DNA from: a virus
Reading direction: 5' to 3' (one strand)
Length of the DNA: 64,000 nt
IMG/VR virus record: IMGVR_UViG_3300029951_000007
Of this stretch, positions 33,226-41,602 are shown piece by piece. Made by a program: the position numbers and the translations under genes. The notes under the pieces are model-generated. The model was not told the DNA's origin. It ran no database searches and saw only the letters and a list, made by a program, of their open reading frames with translations. Positions within the stretch are counted from its first letter, which is position 1. Every line of letters begins with the position of its first letter.

Positions 33226-35514
33226 ATGACTGTAAAGACTAAGAAAGTGACGCAGACCGACCTGGACTTCACCGTGTTCAGTCGCGCGGTGGCCGCCCAG
33301 TTCCAGCGCATGAGCGCGCATCCGCTGTTCCGCGCATCAACCAGCAAGGACGATATGTGGGCCATATACCAGGCCGCTTGGCCGGAGGGCACCAACGAGA
33401 TCTTCCGCGAGCGGCGGGAGCATGATTGCCAGAAGTGCAAGCACTTCATCCGAGCGGTCGGCGGCGTCGTGGCCGTGATCGACGGCGAGCTTGTCAGTAT
33501 TTGGGACGCGGAGATGCCCGAGCCGTACGCCACGGTGGCTGCGGCCATGTCGCGCTACGTGGAATCTTGCGCCATCGACAACGTGTTCCTCACGTCGGAG
33601 CGCACGGCGGGGGTGGCGAAGAATTTTCAGCAGGTCATAACTGCCCTAGAGTTCCAAGACTCATTCGCGAAGGCTTCGGCTACACCGCTAAAGAGCGAAC
33701 GCGTGATCGAGTGGAACCACTTCAGCGTCGCCATCCCGGACCGCTTCGTCGTCTCGAAGAAGGACATCGGGCCGAAACTGGCCGACGCCCGCGCCACGCA
33801 CGACGTTCTGCTGCGCGGACTGCAGGAGCTCACGCTGGACTCGGTCGACACGGTGCTCGAGTTGATTGCGCAGAACTCGCTCTACCGTGGGGAGGAGTAT
33901 AAGCATTCGTTGCAGACGTTCCGGGCGTTGAAGGTGAAGTTCGACGCCGTGAGTCCTGCCATGCAGCTTTCTCTGAATAACCGAGCGGCAGCGGATGAAG
34001 TGCTGAACGAACGACGCGACCAGTTCGCGTGGCTCCACGCCCAGGCCGCGCACCCGACAGCGAGTCGGATTCGCAACACGGCCATTGGCACGCTGCTGAT
34101 CGACCTGTCGGCCGGGATCGAGCTCGAGGACGCCGTCAAGAAGTTCGAGACGTCCGTCATGGCCCCATCCAATTACAAGCGGCCCACGGCGCTGGTTTCC
34201 AAGGCCATGATCGAGAAGGCGCGCGTGAAAATCGACGAGCTGGGGCTGGCGTCGGCTTTGGAGCGTCGCTACGCCGTCATAGACGACATCACGGTGAACA
34301 ATATCCTGTTCGCCGACCGATCGGCCAAGGTGCTGAGGGGCCAGCGCGGCGGTGGTAAGACGGCCGAGAGCGCGTTCGCGGAACTGGCGGAGAAGATCCC
34401 CGAGGACGTCAAGAAGCTGGACCGCGTGGAGGAGATCGGCATCGAGAAGTTCCTCAAGGACGTGCTTCCGAAGGCGACCTCGCTGGAGGTTCTGTTTGAG
34501 AACAAGCACGCCGGGAACCTCGTCAGCCTTATCGCGCCAGTCGACCCCACGGCTAAGAACCTGTTCAAGTGGCCCAACAAGTTCTCCTGGTCGTACGCGG
34601 GGGACGTGGCGGACTCCATCAAGGAGCGCGTCAAGCGCGCCGGAGGAAGCGTAGTCGGCGACCTTTGCTGCCGGCTGGCCTGGGACTACACGGACGACCT
34701 GGATTTCCACATGATTGAGCCAGCTGGCGCGGGGCGTGGAAGAGGCGGTTTCGGCACCGGTAGCACGCATATCTTCTACGGCAACGTACGCAGGCCGTCT
34801 GCCAGCGGAGGCATTCTGGACCTGGACGCCAACGGTTGCGACGGCCTGAAGGCTGAACCAGCGGAGAACATCTTCTACGCCGACAAGGCCAACATGGCGG
34901 AGGGCGTGTACGAGCTGACGGTAAACAACTACTCGCGACGCTCGACCGGAAGTGGATTCGAGGCGCAGGTGGAGTTTGGCGGCGTCACGCACAACTTCGT
35001 CTACGAGAAGGCGCTGCGCACCGGAGAGACGGTAAGCGTAGCCAAGGTGAAGTACAGCCATGCGGCTGGGTTCGAGATTATCGAGTCGTTGCCGTCGACG
35101 CAAACCTCCAAGGAGGTTTGGGGTATGCAGACGCAGACCTTTCGCAAGGCGAACGTGGTCATGCTGTCGCCGAATTGGTGGGATGGCTACGCGCCTGGCA
35201 CCGCGACGTTCGAATCACTCGGAGACGTGGAAGCTGACGAGCGGGTGGCGAAGGCGTTCGGTATCGGCAACAAGCACTACTTCTTCATGCTGGAGGGCTG
35301 CGCCAACGAGGGCAAGGCTCGCGGCTACTACAATGAATTCTTGCGCGCGGACCTGGAACCGCACCGCAAGGTCATGGAGATGGTGGGGGCCAAGATGCGC
35401 ACGGACGAGGCCGCGCACCAGTTGTCTGGCTTAGGCTTCTCGTCTACACAGAGGGCTGAGCTAACCGTGCGGGTCGGCGGAACGTTCAGCCGTGTCGTAA
35501 AGGTGGTGTTCTAG
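33226..35514 (+). CDS. large (762 aa) conserved-looking protein of unknown function
   Basis: It is the longest ORF in the right arm other than the primase-helicase gene and has a good RBS. The central block reads DDLDFHMIEP...IFYGNVRRPSASGGILDLDANG...AENIFY. Confidence 0.7.
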   Translation: MTVKTKKVTQTDLDFTVFSRAVAAQFQRMSAHPLFRASTSKDDMWAIYQAAWPEGTNEIFRERREHDCQKCKHFIRAVGGVVAVIDGELVSIWDAEMPEPYATVAAAMSRYVESCAIDNVFLTSERTAGVAKNFQQVITALEFQDSFAKASATPLKSERVIEWNHFSVAIPDRFVVSKKDIGPKLADARATHDVLLRGLQELTLDSVDTVLELIAQNSLYRGEEYKHSLQTFRALKVKFDAVSPAMQLSLNNRAAADEVLNERRDQFAWLHAQAAHPTASRIRNTAIGTLLIDLSAGIELEDAVKKFETSVMAPSNYKRPTALVSKAMIEKARVKIDELGLASALERRYAVIDDITVNNILFADRSAKVLRGQRGGGKTAESAFAELAEKIPEDVKKLDRVEEIGIEKFLKDVLPKATSLEVLFENKHAGNLVSLIAPVDPTAKNLFKWPNKFSWSYAGDVADSIKERVKRAGGSVVGDLCCRLAWDYTDDLDFHMIEPAGAGRGRGGFGTGSTHIFYGNVRRPSASGGILDLDANGCDGLKAEPAENIFYADKANMAEGVYELTVNNYSRRSTGSGFEAQVEFGGVTHNFVYEKALRTGETVSVAKVKYSHAAGFEIIESLPSTQTSKEVWGMQTQTFRKANVVMLSPNWWDGYAPGTATFESLGDVEADERVAKAFGIGNKHYFFMLEGCANEGKARGYYNEFLRADLEPHRKVMEMVGAKMRTDEAAHQLSGLGFSSTQRAELTVRVGGTFSRVVKVVF

Positions 35515-35774
35515 TGGGCGATTGCACCGTATGTGGCGAAAACTGCATGGCCGATGTGCGCGAAGCATTTCCAGGCTGTCGTTACCAAGACTATAACAAC
35601 AGCATTTGGAAAGTAGCTAGCGGCGACATGCGCGATGATGACCCACCACTCGGCAGTGGACCGACAGAGGCATTTGCATACCATGACGCCGCCGGTCGGC
35701 TGTTCAAGGTGCAAGAACTCCGAAGACGTCGTGAGCTGGTAAAAGAAGAGAAGACGGCCGAAGATGAGAACTGA
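35514..35774 (+). CDS. hypothetical protein
   Basis: Track ORF with a GTG start and a CTVCGENC motif. Confidence 0.45.
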   Translation: MGDCTVCGENCMADVREAFPGCRYQDYNNSIWKVASGDMRDDDPPLGSGPTEAFAYHDAAGRLFKVQELRRRRELVKEEKTAEDEN

Positions 35775-35964
35775 GTTCCATGGACTGTTGGTGCTGAAGA
35801 CGGGAGAGTTGGTAGTTGTGGACGCTGAAGTAAAGCTGTTCACAACTAGCAGCGCTGCTAAAGACTTCTACTTTGCAGAGTTTACACTAGAGCAATGTAT
35901 TCCCGTCGTAGTGACGATTGAGAGCGTGGTGTCGCAAGTTGTGTTAACGGAAAGGAAGCAATGA
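35764..35964 (+). CDS. hypothetical protein
   Basis: Track ORF. Confidence 0.45.
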   Translation: MRTEFHGLLVLKTGELVVVDAEVKLFTTSSAAKDFYFAEFTLEQCIPVVVTIESVVSQVVLTERKQ

Positions 35965-36197
35965 TGTTCACATTAGATGCAGCACAGAAGAGTAAGCTAC
36001 GCACTTGGCAGCAGGAACAGGAAGAACTGGTTAAAAGCGAAGGCAAGAATGTCGATCTAAATGGCGAGCCTTACTACGGCGCTATAGGCGGCGAACTTAC
36101 ATATTCATTCACGCCAACTTCACTGGCGATAATTGTGAAAGTAAAGCACGCTGTAACAGAGAACGAGATTGATCTCAGCGACTACGACAGCTTCTAG
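35961..36197 (+). CDS. hypothetical protein
   Basis: Track ORF with an ATGA overlap. Confidence 0.45.
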   Translation: MMFTLDAAQKSKLRTWQQEQEELVKSEGKNVDLNGEPYYGAIGGELTYSFTPTSLAIIVKVKHAVTENEIDLSDYDSF

Positions 36198-36199
36198 GC

Positions 36200-36205
36200 T
36201 ATAAT
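36200..36205 (+). promoter_or_regulatory. TATAAT box, recurrent motif
   Basis: TAGGCTATAATCAAACC, 45 nt before the ATG at 36251. Confidence 0.4.
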
Positions 36206-36250
36206 CAAACCAATGGCACCATACTCGCACCACAGAAAAGGAGAACCACA

Positions 36251-36649
36251 ATGTCAGAAGCAAACTTCGAACGTGCGTCACGGCTGAAGATCCGTTTCGC
36301 GACCACCCTCGGCACCATCTCACCCGAAGATCTCTGGGACCTTCCGCTCACTTCCGGCCGCTCGGTAAGCCTGGACGACATCGCCCGGTCGCTGAATAGC
36401 GAACTCAAGAGTGCCATGAACGAGAGCTTCGTGCTGAAGGCCACGGAGGCCGACGAGAAACTCCAGTTGGGCTTCGACATCGTGAAGCATATCATCGATA
36501 TCAAACTGGCGGAGCGCGAAGTGGCGGCGACCGCAGCGGCGAAGAAGGCCGAGAAGCAGAAACTGCTCGGTCTCATCGCGGAGAAGCAGGAAGGAGCCTT
36601 GAAGGAGAAGTCCGTCGAGGAGCTCCAGGCTATGGTCGAGGCGCTGTAA
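36251..36649 (+). CDS. hypothetical 132-aa helical protein
   Basis: Track ORF with an AAGGAGAA RBS. Confidence 0.55.
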   Translation: MSEANFERASRLKIRFATTLGTISPEDLWDLPLTSGRSVSLDDIARSLNSELKSAMNESFVLKATEADEKLQLGFDIVKHIIDIKLAEREVAATAAAKKAEKQKLLGLIAEKQEGALKEKSVEELQAMVEAL

Positions 36650-36775
36650 TTGATTCCTGCCACAGGAAACCGCCCACGTGCCGCTTGACGTCGAAGTGGA
36701 AGATCGGGCTTGTGGCTGGAAAGATGCGGAAAGCATTGAGCGGCTTCCGTATACCAACAGAGCAAAGGAGCGCCT

Positions 36776-36997
36776 ATGTTAGACATGATTGCAATAGAGA
36801 TGGCGCTGGAGAAGTTCAGAGCGAAGTGTCCTGATTCATACAAGGGCGTCGACGACTCTGAAACTATCTGCGCCATCTTGGGCTCTGCCGGCATGTTTGG
36901 AAGCATGGCGGCGCGTGCTACTAGCGAGCTGTGCCGTCTGCAAGCGAACATCGATGCGACGTTGTCGCCGGAATTTTGGAAAGAGGTAGACAAATGA
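36776..36997 (+). CDS. hypothetical protein
   Basis: Track ORF. Confidence 0.45.
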   Translation: MLDMIAIEMALEKFRAKCPDSYKGVDDSETICAILGSAGMFGSMAARATSELCRLQANIDATLSPEFWKEVDK

Positions 36998-37200
36998 GAA
37001 CCATGTCGGTAGGGAAGTGGAGTAAGCTGCCAAGCGTGTACAAGGAAGTCCGCAACGGACGATACTGTGTCATGCTGGCTGGCAAGATGAGGCCGGTGAT
37101 GCTGATCGGAGCCGCTACCAGGGAAGCGGAGACGGATATGAAGACTGAGTCGTGGACGCCGGCGCATTCGTTGGCGGCGTTCGCAAGGGAGGCGGGATGA
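36994..37200 (+). CDS. hypothetical protein
   Basis: ATGA overlap; MRTMSVGKW.... Confidence 0.45.
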   Translation: MRTMSVGKWSKLPSVYKEVRNGRYCVMLAGKMRPVMLIGAATREAETDMKTESWTPAHSLAAFAREAG

Positions 37201-37553
37201 GCTTGAAAAGCGTGCGGTACTGCGACGAATGCGGAGCGGCCAAGACCATCGCCAACCATTGGTGGGCCGTCTCCAACACGGCGGAAGCGCCTCTGTTCAT
37301 GACCTCCAAGAGCGCCGACAAGCTGCTGCACAAGGACGCGTTCCGGCTGGATTACTGCAGCTACACCTGCGTCGGCACGGTGTTCAACCGCTGGCTGGAC
37401 ACTGGCTCCGTCGTCAAGAAGAAGCCGCGCCCGATCAAGGCGGTGGCCGTTGCCAAGGCGATAGAACCCGAACTCGACGAGACAGAGGAAGAGTACGCTC
37501 GGTTGCTTACACCGTCAGAGGTAGAAAAGGAAGCGTATGCAGCTGTTTATTGA
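37197..37553 (+). CDS. hypothetical zinc-ribbon protein
   Basis: ATGA overlap; YCDECG...CSYTC. Confidence 0.5.
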   Translation: MSLKSVRYCDECGAAKTIANHWWAVSNTAEAPLFMTSKSADKLLHKDAFRLDYCSYTCVGTVFNRWLDTGSVVKKKPRPIKAVAVAKAIEPELDETEEEYARLLTPSEVEKEAYAAVY

Positions 37554-38007
37554 TTGTGACGGTGTGTTAGCGGACTTCGATCAATACTTCATCGACCACT
37601 ACGGACGACATCCGACACTGGTGGAGGAAGAGCACGGCAGTAAACGACTGTGGCAAGATCTGCAGGACCATGAAGATTACTACTTCAAGCTGCCGCTCAT
37701 GCCGGACGCCATGGAGCTGTACGATAGCGTCAAGCATCTGAATCCGATCATTCTGACTGGAAGACCAGCAAGCGGACTATGGGCCGTGGATCAAAAGATT
37801 CGTTGGACGGCCAAGCATTTTCCAGGCGTACCGACCATCGTCTGTCTATCGCGTGACAAGTGCCATCACATGACCGCGCCTGGAGACATACTCGTGGATG
37901 ATCGGGTGAAGTACGCACCATTTTGGACTGACGCTGGCGGAGTGTTCGTTCATCACAAGTCGGCGGAAGCGACGATTGTTACACTAGAGAGGCTGGGTTT
38001 GCTGTGA
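37537..38007 (+). CDS. 5'(3')-deoxyribonucleotidase (HAD family)
   Basis: The N-terminal FIDCDGVLADF matches HAD motif I (DxDGV) as in the NT5C family. ILTGR and VDD motifs are also present. Confidence 0.7.
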   Translation: MQLFIDCDGVLADFDQYFIDHYGRHPTLVEEEHGSKRLWQDLQDHEDYYFKLPLMPDAMELYDSVKHLNPIILTGRPASGLWAVDQKIRWTAKHFPGVPTIVCLSRDKCHHMTAPGDILVDDRVKYAPFWTDAGGVFVHHKSAEATIVTLERLGLL

Positions 38008-38089
38008 AACATTTATGGCACGAGTTCATCGGCGTGCTTGGTATGATCTGGAGCGCTATTTTATTTCTATTCACAGGACTTGGTGATCA

Positions 38090-38263
38090 ATGAAGATATG
38101 GATTCTGAACGTACTGGTTAGTGACCAATACGGCACCATTGAGGACGTTGGTTACTTCTCTTCAAAGGAACTAACCGAAGCGGCGCAGGCTTCCATTCCA
38201 ACGCAACTTAGTTTGGTGCGAGAGAAAGAGCTGGACAGACCGCTGGAACCGAGGTGGTTGTGA
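38090..38263 (+). CDS. hypothetical 57-aa protein
   Basis: Own translation MKIWILNVLVSDQYGTIEDVGYF.... Confidence 0.35.
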   Translation: MKIWILNVLVSDQYGTIEDVGYFSSKELTEAAQASIPTQLSLVREKELDRPLEPRWL

Positions 38264-38598
38264 CGCCCTACTGCATACTGTTGGCGAAGCCAAACGACTC
38301 TGACGAGATCATTCGTAAATTATACCATGGGCTGGCGCGGTACTGCCATCCGGATGCGCGGCGTGGAATGCCAGAGGCGTCGCAGGAGAAGTTGAACTTC
38401 CAGTGGCACCGCATCACCGAAGCGTACTCAGCCATCAAGACTGACGCGCTGCGTGCACAGTGGGCGGCGTCGCAGTTTCTGCTGTCAGGGCAGTGTGGCA
38501 AGTGCGCAGGCTCGGGCGTGGTCGGTACACGTATGTTCAAGGGCAAGATAACGGAGTGCAAGGATTGCAAGGGAGAGGGACGCACGCGTGATGGCTGA
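38254..38598 (+). CDS. minimal DnaJ-like protein (J-domain + CxxCxGxG zinc finger)
   Basis: An HPD tripeptide sits in LARYCHPDAR. Zinc-finger motifs are CGKCAGSG and CKDCKGEG. Confidence 0.7.
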   Translation: MVVTPYCILLAKPNDSDEIIRKLYHGLARYCHPDARRGMPEASQEKLNFQWHRITEAYSAIKTDALRAQWAASQFLLSGQCGKCAGSGVVGTRMFKGKITECKDCKGEGRTRDG

Positions 38599-38611
38599 AA
38601 ACCGGTCACGC

Positions 38612-38617
38612 TATAAT
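38612..38617 (+). promoter_or_regulatory. TATAAT box, recurrent motif
   Basis: CACGCTATAATTGAAGC, 18 nt before the ATG at 38636. Confidence 0.4.
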
Positions 38618-38635
38618 TGAAGCAAGGAGGTCGTT

Positions 38636-39091
38636 ATGGCCAAGAGAAAACAGAAACAGCAAGAAACAGTAGTTCAGCCAACCAACCACGACCGTGCCCC
38701 TTACTGGGAAGTATTCTTCAAGTGTCAGCGTAGTCCTGTTCTACGGAGCCAGCTGATTACTGCACTCATGGCAGGTAAACCGTTGGAAGTTGAACGGCTT
38801 CCACCAGCCGCGCTGCTGGACGTCGTAATGCTGTCCATGGTTACGCGTGAGTATTATCAAGCTGAGATAATTGACGATTACGTGGCTCTTCTTCGCAAGA
38901 CTGACACTATTTGGCGCGAGCCGATGTGGACGTGCAAAATTTTCGACCAATACCACTTGCACACGGCGGACTACGTGGTACGCGGTTCTACTGAGCTCGT
39001 CAGCTACGAGGACAGATATTTGCCAGGGTTAGTGCAGTGGTATTTGAACGCCGAAGCACCATCGTACTTCAAGGAGGAAATCACTAAGTGA
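38636..39091 (+). CDS. hypothetical protein
   Basis: Track ORF with an AGGAGG RBS. Confidence 0.5.
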   Translation: MAKRKQKQQETVVQPTNHDRAPYWEVFFKCQRSPVLRSQLITALMAGKPLEVERLPPAALLDVVMLSMVTREYYQAEIIDDYVALLRKTDTIWREPMWTCKIFDQYHLHTADYVVRGSTELVSYEDRYLPGLVQWYLNAEAPSYFKEEITK

Positions 39092-39245
39092 TGAAGACGC
39101 TGCGTAAGGAATGGCGGATAGCGCGCTACTACGGGGCCAGCAGGAAACTTGCTTTAAAGATAGTGTTTAGAAATTGGCGCTACAAGCGCCTGGGCCTCTA
39201 ACGCAGCAACAACAATTCGTTTGGTTGAAAGAAGGAGCTTTACGA

Positions 39246-39500
39246 ATGTACGCATCGATCGATTTCGCCAATAAGACAGAACTCCGCGCAGCAATCAAGC
39301 AAGGTCAGACCGTAGTGGCATACTCACCCACGCTCGGTATGGCGGCTGTAACTGGTCGAACTAAGATTGAAGGGCCGTGGCCGATTGGCGCGGTCGCAGC
39401 AGACGCCACCACGCAACAACCGGTGGTACGCTATCGCGGTCTGAACAGGTGGAGCGCGTGGGTCGACGTACGCGATATGCGCGTGGTGGCGGTGCACTAA
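39246..39500 (+). CDS. hypothetical protein
   Basis: ATG at 39246 with a GAAGGAG RBS. Confidence 0.45.
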   Translation: MYASIDFANKTELRAAIKQGQTVVAYSPTLGMAAVTGRTKIEGPWPIGAVAADATTQQPVVRYRGLNRWSAWVDVRDMRVVAVH

Positions 39501-39585
39501 GTTCGCAATGCGTGACCTCAGCTCGCTGGCAGACCGGGTGCGAAGTGTCTGCCGACTAAGGAGCTACGGACCAGGAAACTGGACG

Positions 39586-39719
39586 TACGCTTCTCTGGAC
39601 CTACCGCAACAACCTACCGAGTGTCCGGAGGGTTCTCTCGGACAGAGCAGCGCGGGACGCGGGTGCCCTTTCCATCCGGGTGCGCTGCGAGTGGTGAGTG
39701 GTAGGTCCAGAGAAGCGTA
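39586..39719 (+). ncRNA. candidate structured RNA / 5' leader element closed by a 20-bp perfect helix
   Basis: 39586-39605 (TACGCTTCTCTGGACCTACC) is the exact reverse complement of 39700-39719. Internal helices are TGTCCG/CGGACA (39622-27/39639-44) and GCAGCGC/GCGCTGC (39647-53/39682-88). The only ORF here (39508..39720) has no RBS and odd composition. Confidence 0.45.
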
Positions 39720-39736
39720 AGATCAAGGAGAAAGAG

Positions 39737-40204
39737 ATGAGCACAACAACGAATGGAGAAGTTTGCTTTGGAGTACTGCTAAATGACGAGGCGGAGGAAT
39801 TTGAGCTGCCTTGGATGGCGGCAGACGTTGACTGTGACGAAGAGGAGTGGTGGCTGAAGGTGAACGGCTACAAGCCGCCGTTTGAGCTCTTCACAGAAGA
39901 TGGCGACTACATCGGCGGTGTAGAGCCGCCGCGTGCGAAGGTGCGTGAGTACTACGCGCACAAAACCGCGTGGATGAAGCTGAACCCATTGCCGTTCGAA
40001 TTGGTTAATTACCGCAGCGGTGATTGCCCCATGTACATACTGGCCGTGCCTGGAACGGTGCAGACGGCCAATCGTGGATATCCGAAGGAGTTGACGCTGG
40101 ACACGCGCATCCGCCCACTGAGGCAGATAGTGCTGCGTGAATTTTGCAAGAAGTACAACCTACCCACTGAATTCAAGTGGTGGCTTACAAGCTACTGGGG
40201 CTGA
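39737..40204 (+). CDS. hypothetical acidic 155-aa protein
   Basis: ATG at 39737 with an AAGGAGAAAGAG RBS, immediately after the RNA element. Confidence 0.5.
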   Translation: MSTTTNGEVCFGVLLNDEAEEFELPWMAADVDCDEEEWWLKVNGYKPPFELFTEDGDYIGGVEPPRAKVREYYAHKTAWMKLNPLPFELVNYRSGDCPMYILAVPGTVQTANRGYPKELTLDTRIRPLRQIVLREFCKKYNLPTEFKWWLTSYWG

Positions 40205-40205
40205 C

Positions 40206-40652
40206 ATGCAGACCTTCCTTCCCTACAAGTCGTTCGTCAAATCGGCCGCGTGCCTGGATAATAAGCGGTTGGGCAAGCAGCGCGTGGAAGCCTACCAGCT
40301 GCTGAACGCGCTGCTAGGCTTGACGCACAAGCCAGGATCCGCCGTGCGCAAAGGATGGACCAACCATCCGGCAGCGTTGATGTGGAAAGGCCATGAAGGC
40401 GTTTTGTACCAATACGCTTGCATTGTATGCGACGAGTGGAAGCGACGCGGATTCAAGAACGAGGCCATGGAGGCTAATCTTCTGCGGCTGTTCAACGTAG
40501 TCGCTGTGCGCTTGATAAAGACATCGACGAGTCCAACGTGGCTAGGTAGTAGGAAGTTCCATGCGTCGCATCGCAGCAATCTACTGCGGAAGGATGCAGC
40601 GTGGTATGGGAAGTTCAACTGGAAGGAGCCGGCAGACCTGGAGTACGTCTGA
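40206..40652 (+). CDS. conserved hypothetical, possibly pyrimidine-dimer DNA glycosylase (DenV/Pyr_excise)-like
   Basis: MQTFLPYKSFVKSAACLDNKRLGKQRVEAYQLL...WTNHPAALMW resembles the N-terminal LD..L..Q.RE pattern of that superfamily. This is from memory only. Confidence 0.4.
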   Translation: MQTFLPYKSFVKSAACLDNKRLGKQRVEAYQLLNALLGLTHKPGSAVRKGWTNHPAALMWKGHEGVLYQYACIVCDEWKRRGFKNEAMEANLLRLFNVVAVRLIKTSTSPTWLGSRKFHASHRSNLLRKDAAWYGKFNWKEPADLEYV

Positions 40653-40674
40653 CCGGTGCAGAAGGAGAAGTAGC

Positions 40675-41602
40675 ATGCCATTTGACGCAATGTACGACCA
40701 AGGAGTAGGTTTGAACCTGACGTCTAAGCCGCCTCTAGTAATACACCACAGTCCATGTCTTGACGGCTTCACCGCTGCGTGGGCCATGTGGCTGCAGTAC
40801 CCTGACGCCGAGTTCGTGCCGGGCGTGTACGGACAGGCTCCTCCGGATTGCACCGATCGTGACGTGTACCTGTTGGACTTCAGCTACAAGCTGGAAGTCA
40901 TCGACGCCATGCAGCGTGTCGCCAAGAGCATCACCATCTTGGACCACCACAAGACGGCCGAGAAGGACCTGTCCAATCTCTGGTCGCTGAACGACTGCAA
41001 AGGGGGTCACGAACGTGACGTGCATCTTCGACATGACCAAGTCCGGCGCGCGGTTGGCATGGGAGTGGTTCCATCCGCACACCGAGGTTCCCATGCTGGT
41101 CAGGGCAGTGGAGGACCGCGACCTGTGGCGCTTTTCTCTCGCGTACACCAAAGAACTAAACGCCGTATTGTTCAGCTACGACTACGACTTCAAAATATGG
41201 GGTTCCTTATCGCGACAAATGGAGTCTATTCCTGGTCTTGCCAGCATGCTGGAGGCCGGTCGAGCCATCCTTCGCAAGCAGGACAAGGACGTTCGCGAGC
41301 TTATCGGCATGACGAAGATGCGTCGTAGCATCGGCGGAATCATGGTGCCGTGTGCCAACATGCCGTATACGCTGGCCTCGGATGCAGCGAACTTGATGGC
41401 GGAGGGTAAGCCATTCGCCGCCACGTACTACAGCGACAAGGACGGCTTTGCGGTGTTCAGCCTGCGCTCCAGGGAGGATGGCGCTGACGTCAGCGAGATA
41501 GCCAAGAAGTACGGCGGAGGAGGCCACAAGCATGCCGCTGGGTTCCGCATCGAGTTGGTGAATCACATGCTCGGGTTGTACGACTATGAGAGGACAAAAT
41601 GA
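40675..41602 (+). pseudogene. DHH/DHHA1 phosphoesterase interrupted by +1 frameshift at an A3G5 run
   Basis: Frame A (40675..) carries HHSPCLDGFTAAWA, VYLLDFS and ILDHHKT. Frame B (..41602) carries DHHA1 GGGGHKHAAGF. The frames switch at AAAGGGGG (40999-41006), and deleting one G gives ...NDCKGVTNVTCIFDMTKSGA.... Confidence 0.65.

Noticed and set aside
33688-35103. 471-aa minus-strand ORF.
   Set aside because: It is antisense to the 762-aa plus-strand gene. It is Arg/Leu/Val/His-rich, the typical GC-rich antisense artefact, and it breaks the uniformly plus-strand operon structure.
39508-39720. 70-aa plus-strand ORF covering the structured element.
   Set aside because: It has no Shine-Dalgarno and a Ser/Arg/Gly-rich sequence. 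Its coordinates coincide with a 20-bp perfect helix, which an RNA structure explains better.
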